From NCBI GenBank assembly GCA_035329685.1, contig DAOLGI010000001.1, positions 33,824 to 74,238 of the forward strand: DNA of 40,415 nt, read 5' to 3'. Below are positions 33,306 through 40,415 of this stretch, in pieces. The position numbers were made by a program, and so were the translations under genes. Each line of letters starts with the position of its first letter. The first letter of the stretch is position 1. A model generated the notes under the pieces. It saw only the letters and a program-made list of their open reading frames with translations, made no database searches and had not been told where the DNA came from. Source of the stretch: Acidimicrobiia bacterium. Its GTDB lineage: Bacteria; Actinomycetota; Acidimicrobiia; IMCC26256; JAGPDB01.

Positions 33306-34829
33306 ATGACCTTCCCTGTAAAGCGAGCACTTATATCCTGTTTTGATAAAACAGGAGTTGTCGATTTTGCGCAAAGTCTGCATAGCTTGGGTATCGATAT
33401 CGTTTCCTCTGGAGGAACGGCAGTTGTAATCGCCGAAGCGGGCATTCCTGTAACCACCGTCGAAGACGTCACGGGCATGCCAGAAATGTTGGATCATCGC
33501 GTTGTGACTTTGCATCCAAAAATTCACGGCGGAATTCTGGCCGATCTCGATAAAGAAAACCATCACAAAGACATGGAAAAGTTTGGCATTGAAGCTTTCG
33601 GGCTCGTTGTTGTGAACCTGTATCCCTTTGTTGAAAAACCAGGAATAGAAACCATCGATATTGGTGGCCCAGCAATGATTCGTGCAGCGGCAAAAAATAA
33701 TGCCTTTGTCGGTGTGGTAACGAATCCTCGCCAGTATGCTGACGTCCTCGATGATCTCAAGAACAACAATAACGAATTAAGCGACGCACTTCGTTGGCGT
33801 TTAGCGCGTGAAGCATACGTGCTCACTGCTTCGTTTGATGCGGCCATTGTTGAATGGATGAATAACCAAGATTCCGGCAAGTCTGGCGAATTGCCAGAAG
33901 AGATCATTATCTCACTGAAGAAGCGTACCGATCTTCGCTATGGAGAAAATCCTCATCAGCAAGCTGCGCTTTATGATTATGTCAATCACGAGACATCATG
34001 GCCGCAGTCCATGGTGGTTCATCAGGGTAAAGAGCTCAGTTACATTAACTATCTTGATCTGCAATCTTCGTGGTCATTGGTGAACCAATTTGATGGTCCT
34101 TCCTGTGTGATCGTCAAGCACGCGAATCCTTGTGGGGTAGCGAGTGCTGGCAATATATTTGATGCTTACGGTCGAGCATTTGCATGTGATGATGTCTCTG
34201 CCTTTGGTGGAGTAGTGGCGATTAATGGTGAGATTGATGAAGCAACAGCGAACGCTGTTACCGATGCGTTTACTGAAGTCGTTATTGCTTCCAGTATCTC
34301 TGATGCTGCAATGGAACTTTTTTCTCAGAAGAAAAACCTCCGTGTTATTACCGCTGACAAGCCCAATAAATTGGGATGGGATATTAAACACATCGATGGA
34401 GCATTTCTTGCACAAGACGCCGATGACTTTACTGATAATGAATCCGCATGGAAAGTAGTCACCACACGCGAACCTACTGATGCGGAAATGGCTGAAGCAA
34501 AGTTTGCTTGGACTGTGTGCGCAGGAACATCCAGCAATGCAATTGTATTGACAAATAATTGTCAAGCAGTGGGGATTGGCGCAGGTCAGCAAAGTCGTGT
34601 TCATGCAGCTGAAATTGCAGCGAACAAGGCGGGGGATCGAGCCCAGGGCGGTGCATGTGCATCCGATGCTTTCTTTCCTTTTCGCGACGGAATTGATGCA
34701 GCAGTCGCTACCGGTGTGACTGTCGTGATTCAGCCCGGAGGATCTATGCGCGACGACGAAGTCATCGAAGCGGCTAACGAACACGGCATTGCCATGATCT
34801 TTACCGGGACCCGCCACTTCCGACATTAG
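33306..34829 (+). CDS. purH: Bifunctional AICAR transformylase / IMP cyclohydrolase
   Basis: 507 aa containing [32 protein letters not shown] and C-terminus FTGTRHFRH. Confidence 0.95.
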   Translation: MTFPVKRALISCFDKTGVVDFAQSLHSLGIDIVSSGGTAVVIAEAGIPVTTVEDVTGMPEMLDHRVVTLHPKIHGGILADLDKENHHKDMEKFGIEAFGLVVVNLYPFVEKPGIETIDIGGPAMIRAAAKNNAFVGVVTNPRQYADVLDDLKNNNNELSDALRWRLAREAYVLTASFDAAIVEWMNNQDSGKSGELPEEIIISLKKRTDLRYGENPHQQAALYDYVNHETSWPQSMVVHQGKELSYINYLDLQSSWSLVNQFDGPSCVIVKHANPCGVASAGNIFDAYGRAFACDDVSAFGGVVAINGEIDEATANAVTDAFTEVVIASSISDAAMELFSQKKNLRVITADKPNKLGWDIKHIDGAFLAQDADDFTDNESAWKVVTTREPTDAEMAEAKFAWTVCAGTSSNAIVLTNNCQAVGIGAGQQSRVHAAEIAANKAGDRAQGGACASDAFFPFRDGIDAAVATGVTVVIQPGGSMRDDEVIEAANEHGIAMIFTGTRHFRH

Positions 34830-34837
34830 ACCTGAAT

Positions 34838-34938
34838 TTAGGGTTGTTCCTGGTGCCAGGAGCGTAGCGACTGAGCAGCAGGTGCGACCCTCCCCATAAG
34901 CAACGCATCTACAGCAGTTCGTTCAGTTGTATCGCGAC
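34838..34938 (+). repeat. Rep-C full unit after purH
   Basis: TTAGGGTTGTTCCTG..apex..CAGGTGCGACCCTCCCC-ATAAGCAACGCATCT-ACAGCAGTTCGTTCAGTTGTATCGCGAC. Confidence 0.9.
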
Positions 34939-34940
34939 TC

Positions 34941-35007
34941 GTGGTCCGCAGGTACGGCCCTCCCCTAAATCAACTGTGTTGCAGCAGAACGTTCAGTTGT
35001 TTCGAGG
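34941..35007 (+). repeat. Rep-C half unit in tandem with the preceding full unit
   Basis: GTGGTCCGCAGGTACGGCCCTCCCC-TAAATCAACTGTGTT-GCAGCAGAACGTTCAGTTGTTTCGAGG. Confidence 0.8.
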
Positions 35008-35017
35008 TTTTCCATTT

Positions 35018-35072
35018 GTCATCCTGAGTGCAAAGAAGGATCGAGATTCCTCGGCCAACGCCTCGGAATGAC
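35018..35072 (+). repeat. Rep-A complete two-armed copy (55 nt)
   Basis: GTCATCCTGAG-TGCAAA-GAAGGATC-GA-GATTCCTC-GGCCAACGC-CTCGGAATGAC. Confidence 0.9.
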
Positions 35073-35098
35073 ATGCCGTTACGAATTAGCATAGAGAT

Positions 35099-35947
35099 AT
35101 GGCAAAAATCCTCAGCGGCACCGAATTTCTCGAAGCAGAAAAAGCACGTCTTCGCGATCGAATTATGCGGCTAAATCGGGCTCCGGGATTAGGAACAATT
35201 CTTGTGGGTGCCGACCCTAACTCTCAAAGTTATATTCGTCATAAGCATCAGGCCTGTGCTGATGTGGGAATTGTTTCTCATCATGTGGAGTTAGCAGAAT
35301 CATCTACGCAGCAAGAAGTCATTGCAGCGATTGAAGCCATGAATAACGACGAGGATGTCGATGCATTCATTGTGCAGTTGCCTCTTCCCCAGCAATGCAA
35401 TGAAGAACAAGCGCTGCTCGCGATTGATCCTGTTAAAGATGCTGATGGATTACACCCCGTGAATTTAGGAAAATTAGTGATGGGAGTTGATGCTCCTCGC
35501 CCGTGTACTCCTTTGGGTATTCAAGCTTTGTTGAAAGACAACGGAATTGACCTTACTGGTAAGCATGTTGTGATTGTTGGCCGCGGACTCACGATTGGTC
35601 GTCCGCTAGCCAATCTTTTAACTCTCAAAGAAGCTGGTGCGAATGCAACGGTGACCGTTGTTCATACGGGCACGCCAGATATTGCTCAGTACACCCGCGA
35701 TGCAGATGTAGTGATCGCAGCAGTGGGTGTTCCCGATGTCATTACACCCGATATGGTCAAAGATGGAGTCGTGCTTGTATCGGCGGGAATGACATTTGGT
35801 GAAGGTCGCCGGCTCATTCCTGACATCTCCGAAGGGTGTGCAGACAAGGCGTCTTTCATTACTCCGCGTATTGGGGGAGTGGGTCCCACGACAATCGCAA
35901 TGCTTTTGCGCAACACCGTGACTGCAGCAGAAAAAGCCAACCGTTAA
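35099..35947 (+). CDS. folD: Methylenetetrahydrofolate dehydrogenase / methenyl-THF cyclohydrolase
   Basis: 282 aa containing YIRHKHQAC, VQLPLP, GRGLTIGRP and GGVGPTTIAML. Confidence 0.95.
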   Translation: MAKILSGTEFLEAEKARLRDRIMRLNRAPGLGTILVGADPNSQSYIRHKHQACADVGIVSHHVELAESSTQQEVIAAIEAMNNDEDVDAFIVQLPLPQQCNEEQALLAIDPVKDADGLHPVNLGKLVMGVDAPRPCTPLGIQALLKDNGIDLTGKHVVIVGRGLTIGRPLANLLTLKEAGANATVTVVHTGTPDIAQYTRDADVVIAAVGVPDVITPDMVKDGVVLVSAGMTFGEGRRLIPDISEGCADKASFITPRIGGVGPTTIAMLLRNTVTAAEKANR

Positions 35948-36062
35948 AGATTAGTGGCTTCCTTGACCGGGGCAATTGTATGTTCACGTTAGATTGCTTT
36001 GCTATCCATTCCACATGATTTATACCAGCGACTATGTGATGTGCCTCGGGTAGGCTTTTTCA

Positions 36063-36899
36063 GTGGCCGTTTTAAATGATACAGAAATCGAAGCTTTTAT
36101 CAGTGATGGATTTGTTTGCGTTCGTGAAGCGATTCCGGCCGGCATAGTTTCTGAGTGCCAAAATGAAATCTGGCAATTGATTACTGAGAGCAATCCGTCA
36201 ATCGTTCGCGACGATCCCGAGACGTGGACGGAACCCTTTATTCGTATCTATGGTTCTGATGCTCCATGTATGCGCGCAGCTGCGAATACAGAACGACTTA
36301 CGGCAACTTTTGATCAACTTGTGGGAGTCGGAAATTGGAAACCGCGAACTGGTATCGGAACCTTCCCCATTCGTTTCCCTGAACGACCTGACATGAACTC
36401 CCAAGAAGCGCGGGCAGACGGGTATCACATTGATGGAAGCTGGCTTGTTCCCGAAAAAGATCGTCACGACATTGAACTCCAGAAATACCCATACGGAGTG
36501 AATCTATCTTCTGATGGCCGTGCATTATTGATTCTTTTTTTGTTCTCCGACATGGAAACTCAGGCCGATGCGCCTCCTATCATCAAGAGAGGTTCGCATT
36601 TAGACATCGCGCGTGAGCTAGCTGACTATGAACATGAAGTTGTTAGTGGCGTCCGTATGGTTGAACGTCTCGATTTGGCTCGTTATGAAACAGTTCATGC
36701 GACAGGAAAAGCAGGGGATGTATATTTGCTCCATCCTTTTACAGTGCATAGGGGGCAGCTCTGCGTGGGAGATCACCCTCGCATTCTCGCCCAACCTGAA
36801 CTTCCTCCAGCACATACTCCGGCATATAACCTTCATCGAACCGATGAGAAATATGCGCCAGCAGAACAAGCAGTGCTGCAAGGGGTACAGGAAGATTGA
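36063..36899 (+). CDS. Phytanoyl-CoA dioxygenase (PhyH) family Fe(II)/2OG oxygenase
   Basis: GTG start, 278 aa. The N-terminus FISDGFVCV is PhyH-like, with the HxD motif YHIDGSW and a distal His in LLHPFTVHRG. Confidence 0.6.
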   Translation: MAVLNDTEIEAFISDGFVCVREAIPAGIVSECQNEIWQLITESNPSIVRDDPETWTEPFIRIYGSDAPCMRAAANTERLTATFDQLVGVGNWKPRTGIGTFPIRFPERPDMNSQEARADGYHIDGSWLVPEKDRHDIELQKYPYGVNLSSDGRALLILFLFSDMETQADAPPIIKRGSHLDIARELADYEHEVVSGVRMVERLDLARYETVHATGKAGDVYLLHPFTVHRGQLCVGDHPRILAQPELPPAHTPAYNLHRTDEKYAPAEQAVLQGVQED

Positions 36900-37035
36900 G
36901 ATAGTCCATATAGGGGGCGACATCGCCACTGTCAAAATATACGCCCTAATCAAGGAGCGTACATATGTACTCAATTTCACTCGCTGTGTCTAGTAAGGTT
37001 CAAGATTCGATACTCGGGGCGCGAAGTATGCAAGG

Positions 37036-37293
37036 ATGTCATCCGTGACTGAAGCGTTCAACAACTTTTCTGACTTTGATCCGATTCAAACGCCAGCCAT
37101 TCAATGTTCTCTCTGCCTTCACGAAATTACGTACACCCAAGAAGAGAGTTCCTCTCATTACGTGCAGTGTCCCCGTTGCGATTATCACCAGCCATTAGCA
37201 AAAACACCTCGCGGTCGAGACATCGCAATTTTTGGTGGCGCGGTAGCAGTTGTTTATCTGACTACTATTGTTGCATTACTAATCGCACGATAA
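37036..37293 (+). CDS. Small zinc-ribbon protein with C-terminal TM anchor
   Basis: 85 aa with CSLC-x19-CPRC, then the hydrophobic tail IAIFGGAVAVVYLTTIVALLIA. Confidence 0.45.
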   Translation: MSSVTEAFNNFSDFDPIQTPAIQCSLCLHEITYTQEESSSHYVQCPRCDYHQPLAKTPRGRDIAIFGGAVAVVYLTTIVALLIAR

Positions 37294-37325
37294 TTTTTTC
37301 ATCCGCACCCATTAAGGATAGATAA

Positions 37326-38534
37326 ATGGCTACGGCTCTCACGCTTAACGATGACCTCACTCTGAATGTTCCTGTCGACCCCATCATTCCTTATATCGAA
37401 GGCGATGGAATTGGAATAGATATCTGGCCAGCAGCTCAAGCGGTCTTTGATGCTGCGATTGAAAAATGTTTTGGTGGAACTCACAGCGTTGCTTGGTTGA
37501 AAGTACTTGCAGGTGAAGCTGCTTTTAATGAAACAGGGGAATGGCTTCCCCAGGACACGGTTGATGCTTTTGAAAAGTATCTTGTGGGAATCAAAGGACC
37601 ATTGACCACTCCTGTTGGTGGCGGTATTCGGAGTCTCAATGTGGCACTCCGTCAGATACTTGATCTCTACGTATGTTTGCGTCCTGTGAAATACTTCCAA
37701 GGAGTTCCTTCACCTGTGAAGAATCCCTCTGCTGTTGACATGGTGATCTTTCGAGAAAATACGGAAGATGTCTATGCTGGTTTCGAAGTAGAAGTCAATA
37801 CTCCAGAGTCGAAGAAATTGCTCGAGTTTTTGTTGGACACTTATGGTTGGAAAATCCGTGCCGATTCTGGAATAGGAATCAAACCTGTCAGCATCACCGG
37901 TTCGAAACGACTTATTCGCGCTGCGATGAAATATGCAGTCGAACGCAATCGTCGAAGCGTGACTTTGGTACATAAGGGAAACATCCAAAAATTTACGGAA
38001 GGCGCTTTTCGCAACTGGGGTTACGACGTTGCGCGCGAGGAATTCCCAGATGTACTTGTCAGCTGGGATGATTGCGGTGGTGAACCGGGAAACAAAATTC
38101 TTGTTCAAGACGTCATTGCAGATAATGCTTTCCAGCAAACGTTGTTGCGTCCTGAAGAATACGATGTTCTTGCCACTTGCAATTTGAATGGCGATTATCT
38201 ATCAGATGCTTTGGCTGCCCAAGTCGGTGGGATTGGAATTGCCCCTGGTGGAAACATTAATTACGTCACAGGTCACGGGATTTTCGAAGCCACTCACGGA
38301 ACTGCTCCAAAATATGCAGGGCAAAATAAAGTCAATCCTGGCTCGGTCATTTTGTCAGGTGTATTGATGTTTGAACATCTTGGCTGGTTTGATGTTGCTG
38401 CAATGATTACGAGTTCCCTTGAGCAAGCAATTGCAGACAGAATTGTTACCTATGACTTTGCGCGCGCAATGGATGGAGCAAGCGAAGTGGGCACAATGGA
38501 GTTCGCACAAGCCATGATCGACCGCATGACTTGA
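37326..38534 (+). CDS. icd: NADP-dependent isocitrate dehydrogenase (homodimeric type)
   Basis: 402 aa containing [45 protein letters not shown] and [13 protein letters not shown]. Confidence 0.95.
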   Translation: MATALTLNDDLTLNVPVDPIIPYIEGDGIGIDIWPAAQAVFDAAIEKCFGGTHSVAWLKVLAGEAAFNETGEWLPQDTVDAFEKYLVGIKGPLTTPVGGGIRSLNVALRQILDLYVCLRPVKYFQGVPSPVKNPSAVDMVIFRENTEDVYAGFEVEVNTPESKKLLEFLLDTYGWKIRADSGIGIKPVSITGSKRLIRAAMKYAVERNRRSVTLVHKGNIQKFTEGAFRNWGYDVAREEFPDVLVSWDDCGGEPGNKILVQDVIADNAFQQTLLRPEEYDVLATCNLNGDYLSDALAAQVGGIGIAPGGNINYVTGHGIFEATHGTAPKYAGQNKVNPGSVILSGVLMFEHLGWFDVAAMITSSLEQAIADRIVTYDFARAMDGASEVGTMEFAQAMIDRMT

Positions 38535-38603
38535 GTTTATTGTCGAACCGCGGGCATAGCCCGACGGTTCTCGCGGTCGCTCCTCCGGTCGCTCCCTGTG
38601 ATT
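38535..38603 (+). repeat. Rep-B copy directly after the icd stop
   Basis: GTTTATTGTCGAACCGCGGGCATAGCCCGACGGTTCTCGCGGTCGCTCCTCCGGTCGCTCCCTGTGATT. Confidence 0.9.
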
Positions 38604-38724
38604 CGGTCTGACCTTGGAAAAACGGAGAAAACAGAGAATCTCACAAGAGATTTCTTCTACGTTTTCCAAGGTCAGACCCTCCCCAAACTAACGATGTAGC
38701 AGCAGTTCGTTCAGTTGTATCGAG
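38604..38724 (+). repeat. Rep-C full unit fused to a Rep-B copy after icd
   Basis: CGGTCTGACCTTGGAAAAACG..apex..CGTTTTCCAAGGTCAGACCCTCCCC-AAACTAACGATGT-AGCAGCAGTTCGTTCAGTTGTATCGAG. The apex is about 90% identical to 23322-23357. Confidence 0.9.
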
Positions 38725-38741
38725 CGGTGTGGCCCAAGGCG

Positions 38742-38799
38742 CGGACATCTAGAGATTCTTCGTTTCACTCAGAATGACGGGAGCCGGATGAGGATGACA
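38742..38799 (-). repeat. Rep-A-like copy overlapping the 3' end of the ABC ATPase gene (boundaries approximate)
   Basis: The minus strand reads GTCATCCTCATCCGGCTCCCGTCATTCTGAGTGAAACGAAGAATCTCTAGATGTCCGCGC. Its CTGAGTGAAACGAAG core is identical to 1705-1719. Confidence 0.7.
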
Positions 38800-39412
38800 A
38801 CTCGAGGATCCGATCGGCGATAGTTTCTGCTTCTTGGGCGTCATGGGTTACAAGAATTGCTGTCGTGTTTGTTTTCTTCAACAGGGTCGTTAATTCCCCA
38901 GCAAGTTGGTCATGGAGTTCGCGATCTAAACCGGTGAGTGGTTCATCGAGCAATAAAACGGAAGGCGAAGGAGCGAGTGATCGAGCAAGTGCCACGCGTT
39001 TGGCTTCACCTCCACTGAGATCGGCAATACTACGATCCTCGAAGCCGCTCAACCCTACAAGATCGAGCATTTCATGGATCTTGTCTTTACGAATTTTCTT
39101 CTCGAGACCCTGCATTCGTAATCCAAATTCGATATTGCGTGCAACATTCATGTGGGGGAAGAGTTGATTGTCTTGAAAAACCATTCCTATATTACGGAGA
39201 TGCGCAGCTTTATGGGTCACATCAAGTCCATCAATAGAAATGCTTCCTGAGTCAGGAATGAGCAGACGCGCAATAACTTTCAGCAGAGTTGTTTTACCCA
39301 CACCCGATGGGCCTAGAAGCGCAACAACTTCATGTTGCGCAACAGACAGGCTGATGTCATCCAGAACGATTCGTTCGTCGAAAGCGACGTTGATCTTTTC
39401 TACCTTAAGCAT
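38765..39412 (-). CDS. ABC transporter ATP-binding protein (short, thiamine/Fe3+-importer-like)
   Basis: Walker A GPSGVGKTT, signature LSGGEAKR and Walker B LLLDEP. ATG 39412 overlaps the permease stop (ATGCTTAA). The last ~11 codons lie in a Rep-A-like repeat. Confidence 0.85.
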   Translation of the reverse strand: MLKVEKINVAFDERIVLDDISLSVAQHEVVALLGPSGVGKTTLLKVIARLLIPDSGSISIDGLDVTHKAAHLRNIGMVFQDNQLFPHMNVARNIEFGLRMQGLEKKIRKDKIHEMLDLVGLSGFEDRSIADLSGGEAKRVALARSLAPSPSVLLLDEPLTGLDRELHDQLAGELTTLLKKTNTTAILVTHDAQEAETIADRILELSSSSGSRHSE

Positions 39413-40415
39413 CACGCATCTCAATTCCTACAACGATGATTGCTGTAACGATTGCCAATATGGATGCCAGCATGAATGCCTGGGCACGGGGAATGTCTCC
39501 GGTGCGCGCGAGTAGTCGCCCTATTGCAATCGGCATTGACTCATTTCCAGAGCGAGTAAGAAATGTTGTCGCGCCAAACTCGCCCAAGGAAATAGCTGCA
39601 GCGAATGCAGCTGCTGTTTGTAGAGGTCGTGTTAGGCGCGCAAGATCAATCTCTTTAAAGGCCCGCAATCGTGAAGCACCCAATGTTGCAGCAGCGTCTA
39701 ACCAAGTTGCAGGGCGAGCACGCAACACCGGCAACACAGAGCGAACAACGAAGGGAATCGCAACCAATGCATGCCCTACAGGAATGAGCCATTCACTACC
39801 TCTCCAGTTAAATGGGGATCGACTGAAAGTGATGAGCATGCCAAAGCCGATGGTGACAGCAGATGTTCCCAGGGGCAGCATGATCCCAGAGTCGAGGAAC
39901 TTGCCTCGATGCTGGGCGGACGAAATGGCTAGTGCCCCAAGTGTGCCGATACTTACGGCAATCAACGTTGCCAATATTGCATAGCGAAAAGATGTTGCTA
40001 TTGAGCTCAGAGGATCAACTCCTGTGCCGATCCCAGGACGAAGCGCTGCTGCTCGAAGGTGAGTCCAGGCATAGAGCGACCAATTGTTTCCAACTCGAAA
40101 AGAAGAGCGAATGAGTACTGCGAGGGGAGTGATCACAACAAGAGCGAGAGTTATAGCTCCGAGATATACGCCTACGCGCTGTCTGTTGTTTCGAGGGCGC
40201 ATCCGAGTCACATTATTTGCATTGAGTTGATGGGTAGTGCGACGCGCCCAACGCGAAGAAAAAATAATCACAATCAAGAGAATAAGTGCTTGCAGTATTG
40301 CCAGAACAGCAGCACCTCCCACATCACCGAGCTGAATCGCCCGCCGAGCAATTTCCACTTCGATTGTTGGATTGCTTGGTCCGCCAATAATTTGAATTAC
40401 TCCAAAAGAAGTGAA
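39405..40415 (-). CDS. ABC transporter permease (5' part lies outside the window; probably a two-module ThiP/FbpB-like permease)
   Basis: The reading frame is open to the window edge (..FTSFGVIQIIGGPSNPTIEVEIARRAIQ..). It has multiple TM segments and an EAA-like loop (ATLGASRLRAFKEIDL). Confidence 0.75.
   Translation of the reverse strand, partial: FTSFGVIQIIGGPSNPTIEVEIARRAIQLGDVGGAAVLAILQALILLIVIIFSSRWARRTTHQLNANNVTRMRPRNNRQRVGVYLGAITLALVVITPLAVLIRSSFRVGNNWSLYAWTHLRAAALRPGIGTGVDPLSSIATSFRYAILATLIAVSIGTLGALAISSAQHRGKFLDSGIMLPLGTSAVTIGFGMLITFSRSPFNWRGSEWLIPVGHALVAIPFVVRSVLPVLRARPATWLDAAATLGASRLRAFKEIDLARLTRPLQTAAAFAAAISLGEFGATTFLTRSGNESMPIAIGRLLARTGDIPRAQAFMLASILAIVTAIIVVGIEMRDA

Noticed and set aside
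34074-34826. A 250-aa minus-strand ORF antisense to purH. Similar long antisense ORFs lie at 15270-15842, 20973-21521, 30695-31198, 37299-37700 and 37710-38138.
   Set aside because: Each lies entirely within a strongly supported plus-strand gene. They are Cys/Ser/Arg-rich low-complexity translations with no motifs, which is typical of shadow ORFs.
34879-35007. A CRISPR-like reading of the tandem Rep-C arm-plus-tail units, with conserved blocks separated by variable 13-18-nt linkers.
   Set aside because: There are only two units per locus, and the variable segments are far shorter than spacers. The conserved part is bipartite, no cas genes are present, and the same units occur singly at many loci.
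34830-35098. A ZTP (pfl) riboswitch expected upstream of folD or purH, or a purine riboswitch upstream of purN.
   Set aside because: The ZTP hallmark CCGCCTGGGC pseudoknot partner and the GGGTCGTG-type 5' domain are absent. The spacer is fully explained by Rep-C and Rep-A copies.

Overview
This window is a core housekeeping region, transcribed almost entirely on the plus strand. Its gene order is typically actinobacterial. In order it holds the secY 3' end, adk, infA, rpmJ, rpsM, rpsK, rpsD, rpoA, rplQ and truA. Next come rplM, rpsI, glmM, a giant glmS-like gene, acpS, alr, tsaE, tsaB, rimI, tsaD and groES. These are followed by a GuaB3-like gene, guaA, pcrA, sucC, sucD, purN, purH, folD and icd, and then a minus-strand ABC transporter at the right edge. 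A few accessory genes are interspersed: two Fe(II)/2OG oxygenases, two tandem APH-like kinases, an alpha/beta hydrolase, a family-4 UDG, a NUDIX hydrolase, a lipoprotein and DUF4190-like membrane proteins. I saw no tRNA, rRNA or CRISPR array. The main unexplained signal is non-coding. About a dozen intergenic spacers are built from at least three interspersed, hairpin-forming repeat families, here called Rep-A, Rep-B and Rep-C. These combine in mosaics, nest inside each other and abut or overlap stop codons. They also encode the C-terminal tails of tsaD and the ABC ATPase, and one fragment sits in frame inside truA. Rep-B and Rep-C show compensatory base changes and a strand-asymmetric U-G wobble pattern, which argues for selection on single-strand folding. 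I cannot assign them to any RNA or IS family I know. Other points of interest are a 1105-aa GlmS homolog with three large insertions or extensions, a transposase-like zinc-ribbon relic where map normally sits, and a perfect CIRCE operator before a groES with no groEL after it. All functional calls come from reading motifs and synteny, since no database search was possible.
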